From: Kudoa neothunni
Lineage: Eukaryota > Animalia > Cnidaria
NCBI GenBank assembly: GCA_964304625.1
Contig: OZ199838.1
Location: forward strand, 2,581,702 to 2,645,701
Direction of reading: 5' to 3'
Length of the DNA stretch: 64,000 bases
A program made the translations under genes and the position numbers. How positions within the stretch are numbered: the stretch's first letter is position 1; each line of letters opens with the position of its first letter. The notes under the pieces were generated by a model that was given only the letters and a program-made list of their open reading frames with translations, had not been told where the DNA came from and did no database searches. Of this stretch, positions 13,596 through 25,208 are shown piece by piece.

Positions 13596-14624
13596 AAAAA
13601 TGCAGAATAGGCCCACACATGCGCAAATAACCCATGAGGACTAAAGAAAACACCGCTAAGATGAAATTTTTAAAAACTTGTTGTTTATCTATCTAATTCA
13701 ATAGCGTATTAAATTTTTATTTCAACAATAAACTTATATCGGTGGCACACGTTTGTCCTCGTTGTGGAATGCATATGAGATCAATCAATTTTAAATAATA
13801 TTGACAATCTAATATGGAGATGTCGTTTTAAATGGTTGTGACACAATGCTATCGATACGATCCAATTCGTTTTTAGCAATTCGAAGATGCCACTTTCAAG
13901 AATTATTCATTTTATTCATTTGTGGGTGAATAACTACCCATCTAGAATAATAATTAATGATTTTGAGTATGGATCTCATACAGTAATGGATTGGAATCGT
14001 TTCAAATGAGAACTTTGTATTGATCATTATGATCGAAACCTCACCAATAAGATAGGAGAACGAAATAAGATTGCGGAACTTGATGAAACTCTCATTGTCC
14101 TACGTAAATATAATAGCGGAAAAGTTATAAAAGAACAATGGCTCTTCGGAGGGATATGTCGCAAACAAAATGAAAACCAAAATTTTGAAGCTTTTGTTTA
14201 ATTGTTGACAATAGAACAGCATAAACTATTCTTGAAATAATTCAACGATGAATTTGGTCAGGCACTACTATTATTACTGACGGATGGTGAGGTTACAACA
14301 ATATTGGGCAGCTTGGGATGAATCATTTTGTAATCATACATGACGAAAACTTTGTTGATCCGGAAAATCATGAGGCCCATACCCAAAACATTGAAAATCT
14401 TTGGCTACGTTTAAAAAGACTACTACGAGCCAAAGGAACCCACAGAAGTCTCCACCTCCCGACTGGGAATAAATTTACGAATTTTTGTTTAGAAAACCAA
14501 AAAAAATAATTTATTTAGTGCGCTAATAAATGAGATAACTCTAAACTACCAACCATAAAGTATTATAATTTTCGTTAATGATCGTGAATTATCTTCACGT
14601 GCGCGGTCTTTGTTCTGCATTTTT
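13596..14624 (+). mobile_element. Degenerate Merlin (IS1595/ISXO2-like) DNA transposon
   Basis: Zn-ribbon CPRCG...WRC; DDE motifs ELDETL, ITDGW and HTQNIENLW; also WLFGGI and NFVDP. Flanked by a degenerate inverted repeat of about 55 nt with core AAAAATGCAGAA (13596-13607) / TTCTGCATTTTT (14613-14624). Confidence 0.85.
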
Positions 14625-14638
14625 GTTGATAAAATTGA

Positions 14639-17071
14639 ACCGTAAACACTAACCCTGGGCTCCACATGCCCAATTCCGAATTAAATGATTTTAACTTCGT
14701 CACTTTTAATCATTGTTGCCCTGGATTTCACGTAAATTCGTAAAAAATTGTTTTTTATCATTTTGTATCATATCTGGAAATTTTTTTTATCCATATTAAG
14801 CTGTTTGGGATACCGATGAGCCTATTATTAAGCAAACAAATAACAAATCGGGCCATTTTGAATCCCAAATATTAACCGGGTTTTCCAAATCCATTGTATT
14901 GTCCAGCAATAATGACTTTTTCTGATGCAGAAAGTGAATCTTTAAATGAAATTGAAAGGTTATTGCAGATAGAAAGAGAACCTGAATTATTCTAATGCTA
15001 AATTATTGATAAATTTTAATTTGGAAGGATTTTGCATTATATTTCTATATATAAATGGTATTGACGCTACAAACGAATGCATCCAAATGGATGAAGATAG
15101 AAAAGTTCCATTTCTTATATTTAAAAAGAAAAATCTTTAATCTGGTATCTAAAACACATAACTGGACGAACTGCCAGTCAAAATATTATCAAAAATGACT
15201 TGGAGGAAGGAAAACCTATTGAAACATTGGACACAACAACCATATCGAGCTCATTTTCACATTTTATAAGAGACGAGATGCTCGAAGAAATTTTATTGTT
15301 CACAAATCGTAAAGATTTTGAAAAATATAATGATCCATGGAAACGCCTAAATTGCATCGAATTAATAGCTTTCTTAGGATTGCTATTATTGGCTGGAGCC
15401 TATTAATCAAACCTAGAGAGTACCAGGATTCAGTGGTATGAAATTCACGGAAGACCATTATTTCGCGCCACTATGAGTGAAATGAGATCTCAAAAAATCT
15501 TAAATTGCTTGCGCTTTGATGAATATTGGAAGCGTAAAAAGTTCCCAAATTCAGCTGAAAAATTTTCCCCGTCAATAAACTGTTTGGGAATTTGTCTGAA
15601 ATCTGTAGGAATAGTTGTATCCCAGGACCTAATTTGACCGCAGATGAACAACTATATCCATTCCGAGGGCGTGTATCATTTCTCGTTTACATGCCAAAAG
15701 AACCATCTAAATATGGGCTACAATTTTGGATCGTATGTGATAGTCAAACACGTTATGTCTCCAACGTTTTGCCTTACTTGTATAAAATTGATGAGTGCTG
15801 TGAAACAAATCTAAGTTTTGAAGTTGTCACTGATTTGACTCAACATTTGTTAGACTCGGGAAGAACTATTACATGTGATAATTATTTCACTTCCTGGAAG
15901 CTAGCTCTATGTCTACGAGAAAGAAAAACGTCCATTCTTGGTACGGTACGCAAATGTCGAATGTTTATTCCACCTGAATTTCGACCAAATAACTCTCGAA
16001 AGATATTTTAATCGTTATTTGGTTTCTATAGGTCATTTACCCTAATTTCTTCTGTACCGATGAAAAATAAGACTGTAATAATCCTTTCTTCGGAGGATCG
16101 TACTCCAAGCTTTAGTTCAGAGTACCATCGTAAACCCAAAACAATTTTGGATTATAATGTATAGACATGGGGCGTTGACACATTGGATCAATGCGTTTCC
16201 ACGTACACATGTAAAAGAGAATGTAGACGGTGGTCGTTTGCTGTATTTTGTCAAATACTCGATATAGCTGCGTTCAATGCATTTGTTGTCTTTATTCATG
16301 ACAATCCCTATTATTGTGACATAAACAAGTCAAATCGTCGCCAACAATTTTTCATGGATTTGTCCATGTCAGTAATTAAGCCCGAACAGGAAAGGAGATA
16401 TAAAATTGCATTTGTTTCTAACCAGCCTGCTATTAAAAGAACAATGGAAATAGTTGGTTTCGGATTTAACAAAGAAAGTGATCCTCCAGTGGAAAACCAA
16501 GAAAATAATCAAAGAAAGCGATGCTGTTTGTGTCCTACCAGTATTGTACATCGAATCAACGAAGTATGTCACTTAAGTGATCGAGGTGTTTGTAATGAAC
16601 ATTCAAAGAAAAAACATTATTTGTTTAAACTGTGACTCACAACAAAAATAATTTAAACACATTTTTGGTCCATAGTTTTTTATTGAATGATACGTGAATG
16701 TTTATAACGGTTGGAACATATGGTAGAAATGAATTTAAAATAAATAATTATTCATTTTGCTAATTAACTTCATAGAAATGTTAATTAAAATACAGATAAA
16801 TTAAAGCTGACACCGAATAAATACATTTTAATAATAGGAAATTATAATAATAATTCTTTTTGAGTTTTTTATGCGTAATAGTATAGTTTATCTTACTACC
16901 TCTAACTATTTTATTTTTGTTTATATCTCATATATAATGTGACCTGGTAATAGTAGAAGAGTTAATTTAAGATTAAGTTATAATACTGCATTCAACGTAA
17001 GTTAATCCCAGGGGGACCCATGAGCCAAGGGTTAGTGTTTACTGGAGAGCCAGGAGGTTAGTGTTTAAGGG
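14639..17071 (+). mobile_element. piggyBac transposon (PGBD4-like), full length but inactivated
   Basis: DDD motifs LTADEQ, ITCDNYFTS and GVDTLDQ, plus a C-terminal Cys-rich domain. TIRs ACCGTAAACACTAACC / GGTTAGTGTTTAAGGG, flanked by TTGA (14635-14638) and TTAA (17072-17075). In-frame stops and frameshifts present. Confidence 0.9.
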
Positions 17072-18160
17072 TTAATCATAAAACTTTATGGAGTGATTAA
17101 ATAATATTTTGAGATTTTCATCTAATAAGGATTTTATAATTTAATTAAATGTGTACTCATTTAAGGTTATATTTACGATTTTGTTATTGTTTAAAGTAAT
17201 TACTTGGAGATAAATTTATCCATCTATCTGTTTTTAAAGGAGCTTACTTAATACAACAAATTTTTAGCTTATTAAACATCCAATCTTTATTAAATAACAA
17301 TGGATGATAAACATAGTAAGTATAAAATTGAAGGCTGTGTATAAATAGTAAATAAATGTATTTTTATCAACCCCCATTTGTTATTCGCCTCGTTTACAAC
17401 CTTAAATATTTCGTGATATTTTTATACATAGCATTAATTCTTGAGCAAGAATACATTTAGGGGGTGAAAATTTGAGCCATAGTAATAAAAAACATATTTT
17501 ATGGTTAATAAAGAATTTTACCATATGAATGCATTAAAATATTACAGTGATAAATTTTTGAATAGAATTTTACATTGTTACTTAATAACTTCAAACATGA
17601 TGTTTCCTAAATATTTTCTTGTCTAGAAGTAAAGGCAGCGGTTGTATATAAAAACAAACATATATAAAAATTATTTTAGGAACAGTAGAAATTATTATTA
17701 AATGTCTTTTAGGAGATATTTAAAAGATGACTTGGTTAGAGTTTTTCAAAATCCGTTCGCACTGATAAAATCAATAGAATGGTTATGTGTTCATTGAGAC
17801 ATAATAAGATTGGATGTCCCGAAGAGTTAGATTCACTAAATAAATACCCGATATAATAAAGAGAACTTACAATATTCCTCCAAAGGTTAATATTTTAATT
17901 AGATATTATCTTAAGGAAACATTTAATCGTATAAAGACGCTTGATTCCATTAAAAGTACTAATTAATTGACCACGCCGATATGAGTTCGATTATAAACAT
18001 TAATTTATATAATTTAAAACTATTTTTTTAAACTCACCTAATCATTATAAAGTTTCAGTATATTTCTCTGATAATTCATTAATCATTATATCCTAAAATA
18101 AGAAAATTCGGATCAATTGTATTCCGATCCATCAATTGAGAGGTTATTTGGTTGTCAACC

Positions 18161-21100
18161 ATGAGAATATCTGAATTTCTCTATATTGTTTTGGGTATTT
18201 ATCTAGTTGAATTTAAATATTAATACAAATTTAGGTTTTACAATATCAAACATAATCAATGCTAATAGGATTTCAAGTCCTCAAGCTACACCTGTACCTG
18301 CTCCGACGGCGAAGACGTTTAAATACCAGATTGTGAAAGCTTCAGCGGGTAGAACAGACGAAATTCAACTCAATCTCGCTGGCACAGATTATGAAACTAA
18401 CAAAAAGTGTCGTATAATGCGATCTAACGAAGCAGAAATCGCAGCTGCTACCGGTACTACTACACCAGCGGTTTTTACAGACATCCCCAACTGCGCTGTT
18501 AATGACAATACTAACGCTAGTGGTAAATGTGTTGTCGACTGTAATACTAATGCGAATCTTATTGATTACAGTAAGCTGTCACCAAGAACGAAATACATAT
18601 ACGTCTATGTCGGCGCTAACACAGTTGCTGTTAGAGACGTAGTTAAAGGGGCAGGATCAAAAGTATTCGGATGTTCAATACGTAAATCCATCATATTTAA
18701 TATAAAAGATAAATTTCATTTAGCATTGTTGGTTAATCCACAAATTATTGTGTCCACAGAAAATACCGACAATAATAAGCGGCTGAAAATGGCTGCAAAA
18801 AACTTGCGCACCTGTAGATTGTCCTATTTATTACAAAGATATTAAATATGTGGATGGTACCGCGGGGAGCACTTGTATTGTTGACAACACTAATAATCAA
18901 GTGGAATTTGATTTATTATTACCGCATTATGAAGTGAGATGCGTAAATTATCCCAGTTTTTTTTACAATATGCCCAATGAATATATGAAGAAAAACATAG
19001 CTATTTATCAGCCTCAGTTTTACATTGTTGCCAAGGCAGGAAACAAAGTGGGAATTAAATTCGCCAACTCTCCATCGTCTGAAATATGCCGATTTAGTCT
19101 TAAAGATGGTAAGGATGCAACAAATACTCAAAAATATACTTCAGTTTGTGGTGGAACTGATAAAAATTGTTATGCTCCTTGTAAGGATGTTGTGTTAAAC
19201 GGTATCGAAAGCAAGTTAATTTATGATATTTTGATCCAAACCAGACATCACGACATAACAGCTATTGGTGCTAAATTGGATGGATACAAACAAACTAAAT
19301 TTGGTAATCCATAGATTAATGTGAGTTTTATCATTACCTCGTTTAGCAATTACTGAACAAAATGAAGGATTACTGTCAATGTACACACACCAGGGAGTGT
19401 CATTTAATGGTGCCTCATTTAAAGGAGAAACTAATTCAGGAATTAATAAATGTACCCTTAAATCCTACTTGGCAGACAAAATCAAACCCGAATCTCCAGT
19501 GGAAACAACATGTGACGAGGGAAGCACCGATGCCGGCAAATGCAAAACTGATTGTACAACAAAATTAGTGATCCAAGGATTTACACCGGGGAAAGCATAC
19601 ATGATTGAAATCGCATTAGATAACAGCGATAATCAAAATATTTTAAAAGAACATATATTCATAAGAACAAGTAAATGATTACATTTATTCTATAAAATAA
19701 TGAATTATAAAGAAAAGGGACAAAACAAAGCATATGGAGCTACTGTTCCAACAAAGACAGACACGACAGTCTCTCTTACAGCTATTGCCGGATCTTCATC
19801 TGGAAATAAGAAAATGGAACCTACCTGTGAGTATTTGATAGGTCCTGCTGGAATAGATAGTTTTTACCCCGCGAAATGCAATGGCAACACCCCATGTAGA
19901 GGGATTTGCAGTGAACAAGTTACGATAGAAGACCTTGAGCCAAACACGCCTTATGACATCAGAGTGATCGCACATAAAGAATACGCCATAAATGATTACA
20001 CAAATATACGAACAGGTCGTTGAAGTTATAATTTACTCTTTAAATTTTTGATAGAATTAACAACATTAACGTTAACACATAAGATCACAGTGGATGGTTT
20101 GTCATTGAATGCACGATTAAATTCTGTGGATCCAAGAGCAACTTGTAGTTATATCGTAAAAAAGAAGAATGGTAACGATTACACAGACTTTTACACATGC
20201 CCATCGGTGGCGAAAATAACGACACCTGTTACCACCAAAGTAACACCAAAAACAGTACCAACTGGTCCTTCCCGGTTAAATTCTGCAGATCTCAACATAG
20301 CTAGAATTGCTGTGCCGATGGAAGCAGATAATAGTTTAATGCCGATGGCAAAATCATCGGTTTCAGATAATTCAGATACACAACGTGCTGGTATTGATAA
20401 CAGCAAAAACACATGTTCGTCAAATCCCTTTTGCAATTCCATAAAATTTACCGAGTATGATGCAACAAATACATACAAAATTTTAGTCACGGCTATCGGA
20501 AAATCTTCAGAAAAAGAGCTTCTAATAGAATCAAGTACAACAATTAATGCTTCAATGAACGTCACTATTAAGAACTTTTTTACCGAAACTTACATTAGGT
20601 GCACCACAAGTAAACCCAACCGACTCCTCAAAATTGATATCAGTCGTCATTACACGTGATGGGAACAGTTTCATTGTAACCACCACACTTCCAGCCGGTA
20701 TGAGCGATGAATCAAAATGCAAATGGGAGTTACGTAACAGTAGTGTCAAGTCTAACGCGGTAGTAAAATCTTGCATGGGAAAAGACGTCGACAGATGTAC
20801 TGCCTTTAAAACCTGTAAAGAATTCAAAATAAATGATTTGCCTGATGGAAACAACTATTATTTGACTGTTTACAATGCTCAAGATGATACAATTTTCGGG
20901 AGTGCCGACATACAACAAGGTACCTTATTTGTTCATAATGTGATTTAATGTTATACATCGTAGGAGCAAAGAGTAGTTCAGGGTGAGCTTACTAATATGC
21001 TATTATGAAACTTAATATTTTTTAGGGAAAAAACAAAACTTTTGTAAATATTTTTAGATGCTAATATTCGAATTAAACCATATTATAGAATAATTCTGTC

Positions 21101-21167
21101 GTGCGTCGCTTTGGTTGTGGTCATAGCGATAATAGGATTTGTGATATTGAAGAAGAAAAGTGACTAA
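18161..21167 (+). CDS. Type-I membrane protein with about 7 Cys-rich fibronectin type III-like domains
   Basis: Signal-like N-terminus MRISEFLYIVLG|FTISNIINA. Repeats of about 100 aa end in FN3-type motifs (SKLSPRTKY, QGFTPGKAY, EDLEPNTPYDIRV, NDLPDGNNYYLTV) and are mostly separated by phase-1 introns. TM helix IILSCVALVVVIAIIGFVIL, then KKKSD*. Confidence 0.75.
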
Positions 21168-22099
21168 ATTAAATTTTTTTTAATTATAATTATTAGTTAA
21201 TATTTCTAATCTGAATTATTCTATCACGTAGTATTCTTTGACGATTGAATTCATTCTTTACAATTATTATTTAGACCGTATCGTCTGTGACTTTAGATAG
21301 AAATTAAGGTTATCGATGTTTATTTTAATAAAATTATGATTGTAAGATTTTCCTTATTTTTCTATTGATACAGAATTATTTTTTATGACACTGATTGTGG
21401 TTTAAATTTTTGTTTGAAATCCCTATAAATTTAATCAAAAGAATCCAAGTTAAAAAGTTTATATTTTGCGATTGATTTTATTTTGAGAATATATATAAAA
21501 TAATTCTTCTTATTAAAAATAATATAATATTAAATCCAATGTAATATTTGTCTTCTTATCTAACATGTTATACGTTATTAAAATTAATGAGTATTCAAAT
21601 AATTGTTAAGCATTAACTTAATAGTTTTTAAATATTATTCGATATTTTTATATAGTTTAATAAAACTTTATAGTTGAATTATTATTTTTAGTTATCAATT
21701 ACAAATAATTCATTTATGCCTTAAAAAGAAAATGGAGTATTCACATTTAAAAAATTTTCTGATAATTATCTCTAATAGTAAATTAAATATTTTTAAATCT
21801 TTTCCTAACCGAACGAGGTTTTACCTTATTCGAATAGTTCACATGTTCTGGTATAAATCGCACATAAATAGACGTTATAATGAGAACAATTAAAAAAATT
21901 AAGACTAATTTTCAAATAATTATTAGATTTGAGTTACCTCTCATTTAAAATTTTGGTAATAAACTCCAAAAACATTATTTTCATGATATTTATCGTAATG
22001 TTGGCCTACTATTTTCAGATATACATATTTTTCTATGACAATCGGCAATTGAGTCGCATAGTTTAAAATATGTCGTATTTCAAATTGATTTGATATTAT

Positions 22100-22720
22100 T
22101 TTAATTTTTGGATAAATCTAAACATTTCAGCGTGAGAATGTTCAAAGCGGGAGTAAAAATATTGAATATCTCAGTAGAATTAGATGTAAAGTGGACGCTT
22201 TACGTCAGTCTTTAAGGAGCATTGCACAAAGAAATTGATATTTAATTTATCACTAACCCTTGAGAATTTCATTTAAATTTTTTCAAATTCCTTCTTTACG
22301 CAATTCGTCGGGAATAATGCTAGAGACGTAACCCGTTTCAAAAATAATCTAAAGTCAACGCTGGGATCATAATATTTGGACAAGACTATTTTTTTATTTT
22401 TCCGCACACACATTGTCGCGGGTGAAACAAACGAAAATCGATTAAACTTTACGATTGTCTTTGAAAGAATTATAAGAGACCATTACAAAATCTATAATTC
22501 TATTCTTGGGAAGTTTTAAGCTATCCCTTTTTGAAGAATTCCTTGCACTTTTTAGAGTTTTTTAATATCTGACATTAATATATAAACAAGAGGGAAGACA
22601 TTATTAATATAAGATGCCATGGATTGTACACAACTGAAAGAACTTTTCTGGGGACAACAATTGAATGTGCCATCAACGATCCCAATGGTCATATAGACAG
22701 AATGTTTGAGATGTATCAGA
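22100..22720 (-). pseudogene. Second MULE transposase remnant
   Basis: Minus-strand fragments IVDGTFNCCP / EKFFQLCTIHG / NNVFPLVYILMSD / DFRLFLKRVTSLALFP, with frameshifts. Confidence 0.7.
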
Positions 22721-25208
22721 TTTTTCTTAATTGTAAAGTAAGAAATCTACTATTATCATCAGGACCAGATTTAGGCAGGTAAAATTTCTCTCTTAACATT
22801 GTTTTTAAATTATTATAAACATCATGTAATGATATTGTTTCAATATTCATTCGCTTAAGAATACCTTTTATATATGATGTTTTTGACATATTTGGAATAT
22901 CTCACTAGGTTTTAATTATTCCAGATCACATTATAAAGTTTTTCTGAAAGGTATGCAGTGTTTTCGGCAATATTATTTATACAAAGTCTATGAATTTTTT
23001 ATTTGTTTCTTCAAAATTTATATGATCACGAAATCCCAACTCATTAATTGATTTAATTTCATTCATTGGAAACGACCTCAACTATCCTATACATGTCTTT
23101 ATTTAGCATCTCAAATGTTTAATATTCGTATTTTAATAATCAGTGGCGTAGAAATAATTGCCGTAATACAGTAGCAGTAGCGCACGGTTATTGTGCATTT
23201 TTAAAAATAGTGTCGAAAATTCAAAATATATGAACTAATTATAGACATAAATCGTAAGATAAGCGTAAAATATATCGATAAATATAATTATAGAATTAAG
23301 AAATAATTTTTTAATTGGGAAAAATAGGAGTGCATGCTTATTACGCACTTGAAATCTGTTGTTTGATCACGTTGGCATGGTTAATTTGCAGTAGGAAAAT
23401 AGGAAAAATTATCATTTACTTTAAGAAAACATGTAGATTATTAAATAATTGGAAAAATTAGGAACTAAGAGTGACTCTAAAGCGAATATTGTTAGTCGCT
23501 CCGGTCCTAAAATAGTCACCACATTGAATACAATTGTATAAATAAAATAAAAAAATTAAAACTGCTCGATATAAGAATGAATGGATCGAACTTTCGACAA
23601 CGAGAAATATAAAGCTGTCCAGATAGAACAATATAATAGGAAAATAAATTAGCCAATGACATAAAGGACGGCACGAATGACAACACTCCTATAACTGCCG
23701 ATCGAGGACGGTTCCATGAGTTTTCTTCGAGAGTTGGTCTAAAAATGAACAAATTAAATAAAAAATCTAAAAGAAATAGAGAAATTATTTAAGATCCATC
23801 CAGCCGAAATGTTGGAACCCATTACAAAGTTAAATTTTTCCTTTTGTAAAATAAAATAAACTTCGTTTAAATCAAGAGAAATAACAGATTTCTTGTTTAA
23901 AAATAATTCTGTCTTAAACTACCTTAATTATTTTCAAGATAATACGTGAAAAATAAAAATTATTAAGAAAATTTTTCAGATCTCTATATTAGAGTTATTA
24001 ATAGTGCATCGAATGAATGAATAAATAAAAAAACAGAAAAAGTGGTCGCACATCCACCAAATTTTCCTTTATATGTTCACGCGTTAAAGCGTGGATATTA
24101 AGTAGTGTAGGGTTATTAGGCACTCGAGTCTTTGTCCCAAAAAGTGCGTAGTATCCCTGCACAAATGCAAGTAGTTAAATTATATCTCGTTGTCTTAAGA
24201 GATTCTTTAGATAGGTTTTCATTCCCGCCAATCTTTTTTCGGAAATAAATGAGGCTCGCACGTCGTATTATTTTCAATGAAACCTCCCTATAACGGAAAT
24301 AAAACAGTTTATAGTAAACAAATATTCATATACTTGATTATTATTTTAAGAATAAATTTTCACTAATTATAAATAGTATATAGCATCTAACTGAGAAAAT
24401 CATTCTAGTTTCAAGTATCTGATCCGTTTGTACGATTATAAAATATCTAAATCTACCAAAGGATTGTATTACTGATAATAAAGTGAATAGTTACATTAAC
24501 ATTAAGTATATTTTGATAATCATAATATTTTATAATATTTCATGATATGTGCGATAATTTTTAATATTAAGTCGTAGACTCAACAGTCACGCTTGTGGAT
24601 TCCTCTCGTAGTCGTTTACTCCTCCAATTATATCTCTTGTATATTTATAATCACTATTTAGTACAAACATGATTATAAATATTGTCTACATGATTTCTCA
24701 ACTTTTTTGATAATCATATAACCTGTAATTATTTTCCTATGCATCGATAAGTTGTATGAAATTTATAATTTTATTGACAATGAAAAAAATAATAAACACC
24801 TTATTTGATTGATAATTTTACCAAGGTAGAAATAGTTATGTAGATAACTACAAAAAAATTTTCTTCAACAAAAATTTAAAGAACTAAAGTTCACGTAATG
24901 TTATGTTATGTTATGTGTAACAAGTATTCATTGTTAATTATACAAAAAATAAAAAAATATTTTATACTATTTTTTCTTGAATATATTAAGCATATCTATA
25001 TAAAATACATAAGGAATTTTTTCCTAATTAAATTTCAAGCGTTATATTTACTTTACAATATGTGAAATACCATTGCCTAAGAAATAAACGTTACTGGTCA
25101 TATTCGTGTATAATTGTCGCCAAACGCTTCAGATGGAGTTAAAAAAATACACATAATTAATATAAACACATAAACAATAAAATATTGTACAGAAAATAAA
25201 AATCGTCT

